Part shown: positions 20,689 through 30,128 of the stretch, piece by piece
How the letters are laid out: each line of letters starts with the position of its first letter
Position numbering within the stretch: the stretch's first letter is position 1
Source of the DNA: Syntrophomonas sp. UBA1376
GTDB taxonomy: Bacteria > Bacillota > Syntrophomonadia > Syntrophomonadales > Syntrophomonadaceae
Reading direction: 5' to 3'
Assembly: GCA_002305535.1 (NCBI GenBank)
Contig: DBRE01000002.1
Location: forward strand, 1,352-65,351
Length of the DNA stretch: 64,000 bases
Program-made: the position numbers and the translations under genes
Notes under the pieces: model-generated
The model's input: only the letters and a program-made list of their open reading frames with translations
What the model was told of the DNA's origin: nothing
Databases searched by the model: none

Positions 20689-21111
20689 ATGAGTGAGCTG
20701 AACAATTTTATATGTTTCAGTATGCGCGCTGCTATGAAAAAGATTGATCGTAACCTAAGTAGTCGATTGGAAGCCCATGGTGTAAGTATACCGCAATCAT
20801 TTATTCTCTTAGTTTTACACGAAGAAAACGGTATGACCTTGAAAGAAATAGGCAATCGTACCTATATTGATAGTTCGTCCATGACGGTATTGGTAGATAA
20901 ACTGGAAAAGGATGGCCTGGTAGAACGGCGATTGGATTCCCAAGACAGAAGAGCTATCCGAGTCTTTATTACTCCCGCCGGTGAACTGGTAGCGGATCAG
21001 CTCAGACAATTAGCTTATCAGTTTAATTCGGAGCTGTATGATCTTTTGGGTGAAGGTAATCAAAAGGAATATATGCATGGAGTCAAAAATATTATTAATG
21101 GATTGGAATGA
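20689..21111 (+). CDS. MarR family transcriptional regulator
   Basis: 140 aa winged-helix pattern (LVERRLDSQDRRAIRVFITPAG). Divergent from trpS. Confidence 0.9.
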   Translation: MSELNNFICFSMRAAMKKIDRNLSSRLEAHGVSIPQSFILLVLHEENGMTLKEIGNRTYIDSSSMTVLVDKLEKDGLVERRLDSQDRRAIRVFITPAGELVADQLRQLAYQFNSELYDLLGEGNQKEYMHGVKNIINGLE

Positions 21112-21180
21112 TTCAAAACCTTTATACTTAGTTGTCGTTATGGAATACTAAGCATATGATAGAATAGAAAAGATAATTTG

Positions 21181-21219
21181 AGGCTGAGCTGTGGCTAGTG
21201 CGCTCAGCTTCATTTTTTA
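21181..21219 (+). terminator. terminator after marR
   Basis: GCTGAGC...GCTCAGC stem followed by T6. Confidence 0.65.
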
Positions 21220-21239
21220 ACGAATGTGGCGTAATTTTA

Positions 21240-21267
21240 TTGACATGCGCTACAAATGTGCTAAAAT
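21240..21267 (+). promoter_or_regulatory. sigma-A-type promoter for speH
   Basis: TTGACA, 16 nt spacer, TGcTAAAAT (extended -10). Confidence 0.45.
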
Positions 21268-21341
21268 TCTACATGTGCATTTAATCTGGCATTAAAGGAG
21301 GTTTGGGAAACCAAACGAACAACTGAAGGGAGGCGACATGA

Positions 21342-21722
21342 TTGCAGTCTTTGGGGCGACATGTTTTGGCCGAGATATACGGCTGTCGTTTTGAGGTGTT
21401 GAATGATATCAAAATGGTACAGGATATCATGATCAATGCCGCTTTAGAGGCTGGAGCAGAGGTGCGCGAGTTTGTCTTTCACAAGTTTAGCCCACAGGGA
21501 ATCAGTGGTGTTGTTGTGATTTCCGAGTCCCACCTGGCGATTCATACCTGGCCTGAACTGGGTTATGCGGCGGTAGATGTTTTCACTTGTGGAGAAAAGG
21601 TTAACCCCTGGGATGCCTGTAATTACTTGGCGGAGAAATTTGGCTCCAATTATGTTAATGCTAATGAGATCCAGAGGGGATTAATCCACGAACAGGAGGA
21701 ACGCTTGGTGGCTAATATTTAG
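21342..21722 (+). CDS. speH: S-adenosylmethionine decarboxylase proenzyme (pyruvoyl, class I small form)
   Basis: GRHVLAEIYGC at the N-terminus and the self-cleavage context VVISESHLAIHTWPE. TTG start 8 nt after GGGAGG. Confidence 0.85.
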   Translation: MQSLGRHVLAEIYGCRFEVLNDIKMVQDIMINAALEAGAEVREFVFHKFSPQGISGVVVISESHLAIHTWPELGYAAVDVFTCGEKVNPWDACNYLAEKFGSNYVNANEIQRGLIHEQEERLVANI

Positions 21723-21805
21723 GAGGGATACTATTTTAGTAGACCGAAGAAGCTCTCTTATGGATGGTAATTAAACGCCTAACATGCTATTGGCACGTAA
21801 GGCGT

Positions 21806-22078
21806 TTAATTATTTTCTGGGATTATCTCTAAGTGATCCAATCCGTGCAATTCGCCTAAATGTTCCCTTATATGTCCTGCTTCGTCAGATGCGCAACGTA
21901 CCGTAACCGCATAACCATCATGTTTAAAAGATCTATTGACATAATTGGCGAGACTTCCTTCATAGAGCTGACCAGACCTAACTAGTGTTGCCTCAACTTC
22001 ATAACCGCGATTGCGCAGATCTGTCAGGGCTGAGGCGGCTTGGGTTTGACTGGTTGAAAATCCTATTAAAGTAATCAT
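21806..22078 (-). CDS. hypothetical 90-aa protein
   Basis: ORF only. No family recognised. Confidence 0.45.
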   Translation of the reverse strand: MITLIGFSTSQTQAASALTDLRNRGYEVEATLVRSGQLYEGSLANYVNRSFKHDGYAVTVRCASDEAGHIREHLGELHGLDHLEIIPENN

Positions 22079-22284
22079 GATTTTCCCTTCTTTCAGGTTT
22101 TCTTAATGATAGTTTTCTATATAATAAGAAGAGGCTTGTCAGGTGATGACCTGATAATAGTATAATTAGCTTGAGTCAATGAAGCCCAAATTAAATAGGT
22201 AACTATTACCTAGGCAGGATAAGTCTCGGCGTTGCCGAATATTTATTCGCAGGGATGTAATTTGTCGAGGGGGATATTTGATAG

Positions 22285-23025
22285 ATGGAGTACCTATTTG
22301 CCCATGATTATCGCCACCAGCTTAATGAGGTGGAGCGGTATTTTAAGGCAGGCATGCTTAAACCGTGGCCCGAAATAAACACATACCTTAATCGTTTGGA
22401 AGGCGATACCACCTGGGATCATCTTAGTTTAATGACCATGGTTTTTTATGAACATTTGAGTATTGACCAACGCTTGTCTACGGTTATGGCATATATTTTC
22501 AAGAATCTATATTTAGCCCAATCTATTCACTGTGGAGTCAAGGATGATGAGGAAGGGCAGGAGTATAATCAGGATTTGCAATTTGCCATTTTGATCGGTG
22601 ATTATACTTTTGGCTATATAATGCAACTGTTGCTAGAAAACAAAGCTGAGAAGGTTTTGGACTCCTTGTCTGCCATGATATGCACTATAAGTGAAGGTCT
22701 GGTACGTAAACACCAACAAGCCTGGAATCACATCCGGGAAGTGGAGGAAATAAAAGCACCTCTGTATGCAACCGCTTTTCAAACAGCTGCCCAGCTGGCT
22801 GGAGGTGGCCAGGAAAGTGCCTATTATCGTTTGGGGCATGATATAGGCATGGCAGTTGAACTTTTACATTTGGGCATAAACCAGCAGGTCGACAAGTATA
22901 TCCACAGCAGTTTCGAAATATTATCCAGCCTAAAAGAGGGAAATGCCTGTTACGGAGTAATGATGAAAGTAATAAACGAATTACATGATCTGGCCTGCAA
23001 CCAGGATCATGCTGCGGTAATATAA
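22285..23025 (+). CDS. heptaprenyl diphosphate synthase component I-like protein (HepS-like)
   Basis: 246 aa, lacks DDxxD motifs, and has a GDYTFGYIMQLL segment reminiscent of HepS. It sits at the head of an operon that ends with a HepT-type polyprenyl synthase. Confidence 0.5.
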   Translation: MEYLFAHDYRHQLNEVERYFKAGMLKPWPEINTYLNRLEGDTTWDHLSLMTMVFYEHLSIDQRLSTVMAYIFKNLYLAQSIHCGVKDDEEGQEYNQDLQFAILIGDYTFGYIMQLLLENKAEKVLDSLSAMICTISEGLVRKHQQAWNHIREVEEIKAPLYATAFQTAAQLAGGGQESAYYRLGHDIGMAVELLHLGINQQVDKYIHSSFEILSSLKEGNACYGVMMKVINELHDLACNQDHAAVI

Positions 23026-23113
23026 GACGGGCTTATATTAAAGCTTATTGGGCCGTGCCCGGCTTAGGGTTCAGGCCTATAAGCTTTTTTATCTAATGAG
23101 GAGGACTAGAATA

Positions 23114-24562
23114 ATGGCATTTAAAGATCTGCACGAGTTTGTCGCTCTTTTGGAAAAGGAAGGCGAACTGATACGAATTAAAACCGAGGTTGACGCTGAA
23201 CTGGAGATAACGGAGATAGCGGATCGGGTGAGCAAGGCATATGGACCGGCTTTATTATTTGAGAACGTACGCGGTTCGAGCTTACCTGTCTTGATCAATG
23301 CCTTTGGCACTAAAAAGAGAATGGCTATGAGTTTGGGTGTTAATGATTTGGATAAGATCACTCAGGATATAGTAGGATTTATGGAGATAGCTGATCAGGT
23401 GCCTCAGACCCTGCTAGACAAAGTGAAGCTGTTGCCTAAAATCGCTGAGATGGCGGCTTTTATCCCCCGCACGGTTCGCCAGGGTTCTTGCCAGGAAGTG
23501 ATTGAAAAGGATCCTTCCCTGGATGCACTTCCTATACTAAAATGCTGGCCTGAGGATGCTGGCCGTTTTATTACTTTGCCACAGGTATATACTCGCGATC
23601 TGGTAACTGGTAAGCGTAATGTTGGTATGTATCGTATGCAGGTCTTCGATGGGAAAACTACTGGTATGCACTGGCATACCCATCACGATGGTGCCGAAAT
23701 TTACCGCGCCAACTCTCAACTGGGCAAACCGACTGAAGTGGCAGTAGCCCTGGGAGGAGATCCGGCTATTACCTATGCTGCTACTGCTCCCTTGCCTAAA
23801 GGCATCGACGAATTGCTTTTTGCCGGTTTCCTACGTAAAAAACCGGTAGAATTAGTCAAGTGCAAAACGATAGATTTGGAAGTACCGGCAGATGCCGACA
23901 TTGTTTTGGAAGGTTATGTTGATCCCCAGGAGCGCCGCCTCGAAGGTCCTTTCGGAGATCATACCGGCTATTACTCTTTGGCAGACGAATATCCGGTTTT
24001 CCATATAACTGCTATAACACGCAGAAAAGACGCTATTTATCCCACTACCATCGTGGGTCGCCCTCCCCAAGAGGATTGTTATATAGCATGGGCTACGGAA
24101 CGAATTTTCCTGCCCTTGTTGAAATTTCAGCTGCCAGAAGTGGTCGATATGCATCTGCCCATGGAAGGAGTATTCCACAACTGTGTACTGGTAAGCATTC
24201 GTAAGTCATATCCCGGTCATGCTCAGAAAATCATGAGTTCACTCTGGGGAATGGGACAGATGATGTTTGCCAAGTTTATAGTGGTAGTGGATGAAGATGT
24301 TGATGTACAAAATGTCTCGGAAGTTTTATGGAAAGTCTTTAATAATGTAGATCCGCGCCGAGATACCATGATTGTCGATGGGCCTCTGGATGTTTTGGAT
24401 CATTCGGCTCCCCGGGCTTTAGTGGGCTCGAAGATGGGTTTTGACGCCACCCGCAAATGGGTCAGTGAAGGGCACCCTCGGGAGTGGCCTAAAGACATAA
24501 AAATGTCCGCTGATATTGTGGAATTGGTAAGTCGGAAGTGGAGTGAATACGGTATTGAGTAA
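23114..24562 (+). CDS. UbiD-family (prFMN-dependent) decarboxylase, menaquinone biosynthesis type
   Basis: Reads as UbiD over its full length (GMYRMQV, HWHTHHDGA, GPFGDHTGYY). ATG preceded by GAGGAGG. Confidence 0.9.
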   Translation: MAFKDLHEFVALLEKEGELIRIKTEVDAELEITEIADRVSKAYGPALLFENVRGSSLPVLINAFGTKKRMAMSLGVNDLDKITQDIVGFMEIADQVPQTLLDKVKLLPKIAEMAAFIPRTVRQGSCQEVIEKDPSLDALPILKCWPEDAGRFITLPQVYTRDLVTGKRNVGMYRMQVFDGKTTGMHWHTHHDGAEIYRANSQLGKPTEVAVALGGDPAITYAATAPLPKGIDELLFAGFLRKKPVELVKCKTIDLEVPADADIVLEGYVDPQERRLEGPFGDHTGYYSLADEYPVFHITAITRRKDAIYPTTIVGRPPQEDCYIAWATERIFLPLLKFQLPEVVDMHLPMEGVFHNCVLVSIRKSYPGHAQKIMSSLWGMGQMMFAKFIVVVDEDVDVQNVSEVLWKVFNNVDPRRDTMIVDGPLDVLDHSAPRALVGSKMGFDATRKWVSEGHPREWPKDIKMSADIVELVSRKWSEYGIE

Positions 24563-25403
24563 ACTGAAGGACTATTTGGCCATGTTGGATTTTGGCCATA
24601 CTCTTTTTGGTTTGCCGTTCGCGTATCTGGGAGCCTTTCTGGCTCAAAACGGTATGGTTACCCTACACCAGTTTATTTGGATCACAGTAGCCATGATCGC
24701 CGCCCGTACGGCTGCCTTGAGCTTAAACCGGATAATAGATTTGCCTTATGACGAGGCCAATCCCCGCACCGCTGGATGGGTCATGCCTTCTGGTCGCTTG
24801 AAACCAGGTAGGGTATGGATTGGAGTATTCTTTTTTTTGGCATTGTTGTTCATGGCCGCTGCTCAGTTAAACCCGCTATGTTTGAAATTGTCGCCACTGG
24901 CGGTGGTGGTACTATGGGGTTATTCATATACTAAGCGATTTACTTGGTGGTGCCATCTTTTATTAGGTATGGCGATAGGCATAGGGCCGATTGGGGCCTG
25001 GTTTGCAGTCACAGGGACTTTTGACTGGCAGCCGTTTCTGATAGGTGCAGCGGTAGCATTTTGGATAGCCGGGTTTGATACCATGTACGCTTGCCAGGAC
25101 ATTGAGTTTGATCGCCAGATGGGTTTATACTCCATACCAGCCCGTTTTGGCGAAAAAGGAGCTCTGATATTTTCCGAACTATTTCATTTTTTAACGGTTA
25201 TCTTCTTGATCCTGACCGGTTTAGTATTGGGATTGGGCAGTTGGTATTACGGGGGAGTGGCTCTGGCAGCTGCGGTACTTATATATCAACATATAATAGT
25301 TAGACCGGGAGACTTATCCCGGGTAAACCAGGCGTCTTTTAAATTCAATCGCTATGTTGGTCTAGTGATACTAGCCGCTACCTTAATGGATATTTATAAC
25401 TAA
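24543..25403 (+). CDS. UbiA-family aromatic prenyltransferase
   Basis: 286 aa polytopic protein with NRIIDLPYD and DTMYACQDIEFD Asp-rich motifs. The exact start is uncertain. Confidence 0.9.
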   Translation: MNTVLSKLKDYLAMLDFGHTLFGLPFAYLGAFLAQNGMVTLHQFIWITVAMIAARTAALSLNRIIDLPYDEANPRTAGWVMPSGRLKPGRVWIGVFFFLALLFMAAAQLNPLCLKLSPLAVVVLWGYSYTKRFTWWCHLLLGMAIGIGPIGAWFAVTGTFDWQPFLIGAAVAFWIAGFDTMYACQDIEFDRQMGLYSIPARFGEKGALIFSELFHFLTVIFLILTGLVLGLGSWYYGGVALAAAVLIYQHIIVRPGDLSRVNQASFKFNRYVGLVILAATLMDIYN

Positions 25404-25443
25404 GACGAAAACGGACTCACAAGCCGAGAAAGGAATGCTGCCA

Positions 25444-26031
25444 ATGGCTAGATATATTGTCGGTATAACCGGTGCCAGTGGAGTAGTCTATGGATTACGA
25501 CTGGTGGCTTTTTTACTGGATCACAACTACGAAGTCCATTTGGTCGTAACGGATCCAGCCCGTATCGTTATCGCCCAGGAAATGAAGTGGGATATTGAGC
25601 GAGATTGGAAATCATCCATTCAGAACCATTTGCCCACTGGCAATCTGATCGTTTATGATAACTCTGACATTGCTGCCCCCATAGCCAGTGGTTCTTTTCG
25701 TGTAGACGGAATGATAGTTATTCCTTGCACTATGGCAAGTATCGCTGCTTTTGCCAATGGATCAGCCCGCAATCTACTGGAAAGATCGGCTGATGTCATG
25801 CTCAAAGAGAAGAAACCCCTGATAGTGGTTCCCAGGGAAACTCCCCTGAGTGCCATTCATCTGCGAAACATGTTATCTTTGGCAGAGGTAGGAGCCCATA
25901 TTGTACCAGCTATGCCAGCTTTCTATGCTGATCCTGTAACCATTGAAGATTTAGTCGATTTCCTGGTAGGAAAAGTTCTTGATGCCTTGGACATCGAGCA
26001 TGGGCTCTTCAGGCGCTATGGTGAACTGTAG
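25444..26031 (+). CDS. ubiX: UbiX flavin prenyltransferase (prFMN synthase)
   Basis: ITGASG N-terminus, IIPCTMASIAAFANG and VVPRETPL motifs. Confidence 0.9.
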   Translation: MARYIVGITGASGVVYGLRLVAFLLDHNYEVHLVVTDPARIVIAQEMKWDIERDWKSSIQNHLPTGNLIVYDNSDIAAPIASGSFRVDGMIVIPCTMASIAAFANGSARNLLERSADVMLKEKKPLIVVPRETPLSAIHLRNMLSLAEVGAHIVPAMPAFYADPVTIEDLVDFLVGKVLDALDIEHGLFRRYGEL

Positions 26032-26096
26032 TTGATGGTAAGCTAAAGGGAGCCTTTCTACATACAATGTAGGAATTCTCAAATAAGGGGAGAATT

Positions 26097-27065
26097 ATGG
26101 CGGAGTTCGATTTATTTAAATTAGTGCGTAATGAGATGGAGTTGGTAGAGTCCCAACTCTACGAAAACGTAAAAACCCCTGAACTGATTCTTGGGGAAGC
26201 GTCGACCCACCTGATCAAAGCTGGAGGTAAGCGTATACGGCCCGGTTTTGCCCTGTTGGCAGCCAGGATGTATGGAGATGATCTCGACTATGTTATTCCA
26301 TTGGCTACCGCTTTGGAACTGGTTCACATGGCGACCCTGGTTCATGATGATGTTATCGATAACTCGGTAGTTCGCCGGGGGACAGGGACAGTAAAATATC
26401 AGTGGGGTAATCGAATATCAATATATGCAGGCAATTTTGTCTTTGCACGCGCTTTGGCAATTGTAGCCACTTATGACCGCCGTGATGTTCTGGAATTGAT
26501 AGCTGATGCCAGCATGAAGATCTGCCAAGGAGAAATAGTGCAAATGCGCAGCTGTTTCAACGTAAATCTGGGATTAAAGAATTACCTGCGGCGTATAGAA
26601 CGTAAAACTGCTCTACTGATTTCCCTAAGTTGCCAGTTGGGTGCTATGCTGTCAACCTCTGATAATCTGCAAATCGAAGCTCTGAGAAGATATGGATATG
26701 ATCTGGGTCTGGCTTTTCAGATCACCGATGACATCCTGGATTTTGTTGCCGATGAAGCTACCTTGGGTAAACCTACTGGCAGCGATATACGTCAGGGTGT
26801 AATTACTTTACCGGCTTTGTATGCCTTATACAATGACGAACATCGGGTGGAGTTGGCCCGACTATTATCATCTCCGCATGAGTGCCAGGAAAACACTCAG
26901 CATATTATTGACATGGTGTGTGATTCTGACGGCATTGACTATGCTTATGCGGTCAGTCAGTATTATGCTAACCGATCAAAACGCCATTTGGAATTACTGC
27001 CCGATACACCAGTAACTGAAACTCTACAGGAACTGGCTGATTTTATACTGGCGAGAGATTATTAG
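26097..27065 (+). CDS. hepT: trans-polyprenyl diphosphate synthase (HepT-type, component II)
   Basis: Two Asp-rich motifs, LVHDDVID and FQITDDILD. Confidence 0.9.
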   Translation: MAEFDLFKLVRNEMELVESQLYENVKTPELILGEASTHLIKAGGKRIRPGFALLAARMYGDDLDYVIPLATALELVHMATLVHDDVIDNSVVRRGTGTVKYQWGNRISIYAGNFVFARALAIVATYDRRDVLELIADASMKICQGEIVQMRSCFNVNLGLKNYLRRIERKTALLISLSCQLGAMLSTSDNLQIEALRRYGYDLGLAFQITDDILDFVADEATLGKPTGSDIRQGVITLPALYALYNDEHRVELARLLSSPHECQENTQHIIDMVCDSDGIDYAYAVSQYYANRSKRHLELLPDTPVTETLQELADFILARDY

Positions 27066-27082
27066 TCAGGGGGATAGATACG

Positions 27083-27841
27083 GTGTCACTAAGGGATATG
27101 ACGGAAGAAGAAAGACAAACGATTATTGAGCATTTGGAAGAATTGCGCCGGTCGTTGGTAATTAGTATAGTCGCAATTGTTATTGCGGCAGTAGGTTCCT
27201 TCTATTTTAGTGAACAGATTCTATCAATTATAATTTCACCTCTGAAATCCCTAAATGAAAACCTGATTGTAACCGGCGTTACCGAAGCTTTCTTCGTTAA
27301 ACTCAAGCTTTCTTTCCTGGCAGGCTTTATTATTGCCTTTCCTGTGGTGGTATGGGCGATCTGGCGTTTTGTGAAGCCAGCTTTGTATCCCCATGAAAGA
27401 AAGTACATTTACTGGTTGTTTCCTATTACTATTATCCTGTTCACAGTGGGAGTCCTTTTTGCTTATTTTGGAATCCTGCGGCTGGTATTGAACTTTTTCA
27501 TTCATATTGCCGGCAGTAATCTGGAAACCATGTTTAAGGTAGACCAGTATGTTTCTTTTGTAATGGCTTTTACTATTCCTTTTGGCTTAGTATTCGAGCT
27601 CCCGGTAGTGGTTTTTTTCCTATCGAAACTGGGCATTGTTAGTCATGAGATGCTGGCTCGTAATAGGAAGTATGCCTTGCTGGGTATAGTTATTTTGGCA
27701 GCAGCTCTTACCCCGGGACCAGATCCTGTATCTCAGATGTTTATGGCTATCCCCACTTATTTGCTATATGAGGTCAGTGTCTGGGTAGCTAAGTTTTCCG
27801 TGCCTGGTCGTAATCGAAAAAGAAAGAAGAAAAACAGATAA
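27083..27841 (+). CDS. tatC: twin-arginine translocase subunit TatC
   Basis: 252 aa, six TM helices, HLEELRRSLV N-terminus and LTPGPDPVSQ motif. Confidence 0.9.
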   Translation: MSLRDMTEEERQTIIEHLEELRRSLVISIVAIVIAAVGSFYFSEQILSIIISPLKSLNENLIVTGVTEAFFVKLKLSFLAGFIIAFPVVVWAIWRFVKPALYPHERKYIYWLFPITIILFTVGVLFAYFGILRLVLNFFIHIAGSNLETMFKVDQYVSFVMAFTIPFGLVFELPVVVFFLSKLGIVSHEMLARNRKYALLGIVILAAALTPGPDPVSQMFMAIPTYLLYEVSVWVAKFSVPGRNRKRKKKNR

Positions 27842-27977
27842 AATTTGCCCCAAAATTCAGACAATGGCGTAACAGTGCCCTGTTTGCTTTACAAAGACCG
27901 CTCTTTTTGTCATAATAACTAATATATGCGTTAAAACCCCTTATTTCGGTATTTGCTACCCAAAGGAGGGAGTCAAT

Positions 27978-28154
27978 TTGTTTGGTCTTATTGGTAATTT
28001 CGGCCCCTGGGAACTCGTATTGATATTGGTCATTATCCTAATAATTGTTGGCCCGGGAAAATTGCCCCAGGTTGGGCAGTCTCTGGGTAAAGCAATACAG
28101 AGTTTCCGCAAGGCAAAAGAAGAAGAGTTTGACGAGTTAGATGAAAAGAAATAA
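27978..28154 (+). CDS. tatA: twin-arginine translocase subunit TatA/E (58 aa)
   Basis: Not in the ORF track. The TTG start 8 nt after GGAGGGAG gives MFGLIGNFGPWELVLILVIILIIVGPGKLPQVGQSLGKAIQSFRKAKEE..., the canonical TatA TM-hinge-amphipathic helix pattern. Confidence 0.8.
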   Translation: MFGLIGNFGPWELVLILVIILIIVGPGKLPQVGQSLGKAIQSFRKAKEEEFDELDEKK

Positions 28155-28159
28155 TAAAT

Positions 28160-28183
28160 AGGTCTGGTGCAGACCTTTTTTTA
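28160..28183 (+). terminator. terminator after tatA
   Basis: AGGTCTG-GTG-CAGACCT followed by T7. Confidence 0.7.
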
Positions 28184-28200
28184 CAGGTGGAGGACGGGTA

Positions 28201-28842
28201 TTGGCTAGTTTATTTCCAATATTTCTTGCTATGGATGGTCACCGCTGTGTAGTGATTGGAGGCGGGCAAGTAGCGGAACGAAAAGTGGAAAATTTGCTGG
28301 AGTATTCTGTGGGAATAGATGTTATTAGTCCGGAAGTGACTCCCCGGTTACAAAGTTGGGCTGAAAACCATCAGGTAAACTGGATGGCCAGGGAATTTCA
28401 ACCAACTGATGTCCAGGGAGCCTTTTTAGTTTTCGCCGCCACCGATGATCAGTTTATAAATCGTGAAGTGGCTGGTTTGTGCAAGGAAAACGGAATTTTA
28501 GTCAATGCAGTTGATGACCCAGCCTATTGTGACTTCTATATTCCCTCTACTATACGGCGTAACTCTTTGGTTCTGGCAATATCCACCGAAGGCAAGAGCC
28601 CGGCTTACGCCAAGAGAATGCGCCAACAACTGGAAGAGGTCATAACGGATTCACACGGGAAATTTGTTGACTTATTAGGAGAACAAAGGGAAATAATCAA
28701 GCAAACTGTTCCAGATATAAGAACCAGACAGGCTATTTTTGAAGCTTTGGCCAAACTGGATATTTTGGATTTGATAGCTGAGGGAAAAGATGAACAGATA
28801 AGGGAGCGGATTGAAGAATGTATGTCCTTGTGGCGGGAGTAA
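28201..28842 (+). CDS. precorrin-2 dehydrogenase / sirohydrochlorin ferrochelatase (CysG N-terminal type, SirC-like)
   Basis: 213 aa with a VVIGGGQVAERK Rossmann motif. First gene of the heme operon. Confidence 0.85.
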   Translation: MASLFPIFLAMDGHRCVVIGGGQVAERKVENLLEYSVGIDVISPEVTPRLQSWAENHQVNWMAREFQPTDVQGAFLVFAATDDQFINREVAGLCKENGILVNAVDDPAYCDFYIPSTIRRNSLVLAISTEGKSPAYAKRMRQQLEEVITDSHGKFVDLLGEQREIIKQTVPDIRTRQAIFEALAKLDILDLIAEGKDEQIRERIEECMSLWRE

Positions 28843-30128
28843 ACCACAGGACGGCTCCGGTAGAGATTAGAGAAAAGTTTTCTATATCCGGATCTGCCTT
28901 ACAGGATGCCTATGCCTCCTTGAGTAGCTATAAGGCTATTGAGGGCTCGATAATCCTGCAAACTTGTAATCGAACTGAAGTATATGCTACCACCAGGAAT
29001 ATTGAAGCGGGCACTAAGGAACTGGAAAATTTCTTGAGACAGTTTTCAGGATTGGGTTATCACGAGTTAAAAAGTTATATATACCAGCCCAATTGTTATG
29101 ATGCCATCAATCATCTCTTTAGAGTATCCTCGGGTCTTGACTCTATGATTTTAGGTGAGAATCAGATCTTAGGTCAGGTTAAGGAGGCCTACCTGGAGGC
29201 TATTGAGGCCGGTGTCTCAGATGGGGTCTTAAATGCTCTTTTTCAGAAGGCTATATATGTCGGTAAAAGGGTGCGCACGGAAACTGATCTGGATAAATAC
29301 CCTATTTCCATCAGTGCTGCAGCGGTCGAATTAGCAAAGCGCTGTTTGGGGGACCTGCAAAACAAAAGGGTCATGGTGGTCGGGGCTGGGGAAATGAGTG
29401 AACTCACCGCTCGCTACCTCATGAAAAATGGGGTGCAATCGGTTGTAGTGTCCAACCGTTCCTATGATAAAGCCCTTCAACTGGCCGGGTCATTGCAAGG
29501 TCAGGCAATTCGTTTTAATGAACTGCCCGAAATGCTGTCTAGAACCGACATCGTAATATCCTGTACATCAGCCGCTCACTATATAATAAATTCCCAAAAC
29601 TGCGGTGACAGTCTGCGCAATCGCCAAGGCCAGCCAATTATTATGATAGATATCGCAGTTCCGCGCGATATTGACCCTGCCTTAAGAAGTATTGCCGGTG
29701 TTTATTTGTATGATATCGATGATTTACAGGGCGTGATCGACGCTAATTACCTGGAGCGACAAAGGGCCTCGCGCGCAGCCCAAAAAATAATCGAAGAAGA
29801 ACTGGATAAATTCAATCAATGGTTGGCTACTCTGTATGTTGTGCCGGTAATTTCGGCTCTAAAATCCCAGGCTGAGGCTATTAAAACCCACGAACTACAA
29901 AAAGCCCTCAACCGTATGGGCGCAGTATCCGAGCATCAGAAAAAAGTACTGGGCTCTATGGCCAACTCCATTGTCAATCAACTCCTGCACCATCCGGTGG
30001 TGACCTTAAAGGAAATGGCCATAAGTAACGAAGGACATATCTATGCAGAAACGCTAAAGAAGTTGTTTGATTTGCAGGTTGATTATGAGGAGACATTGAC
30101 TGATGAAGCGATTGAGACTGGGAACTAG
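28818..30128 (+). CDS. hemA: glutamyl-tRNA reductase
   Basis: GVNHRTAPVEIREKF, active-site TCNRTE and GAGEM NADPH motif. Confidence 0.95.
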   Translation: MYVLVAGVNHRTAPVEIREKFSISGSALQDAYASLSSYKAIEGSIILQTCNRTEVYATTRNIEAGTKELENFLRQFSGLGYHELKSYIYQPNCYDAINHLFRVSSGLDSMILGENQILGQVKEAYLEAIEAGVSDGVLNALFQKAIYVGKRVRTETDLDKYPISISAAAVELAKRCLGDLQNKRVMVVGAGEMSELTARYLMKNGVQSVVVSNRSYDKALQLAGSLQGQAIRFNELPEMLSRTDIVISCTSAAHYIINSQNCGDSLRNRQGQPIIMIDIAVPRDIDPALRSIAGVYLYDIDDLQGVIDANYLERQRASRAAQKIIEEELDKFNQWLATLYVVPVISALKSQAEAIKTHELQKALNRMGAVSEHQKKVLGSMANSIVNQLLHHPVVTLKEMAISNEGHIYAETLKKLFDLQVDYEETLTDEAIETGN

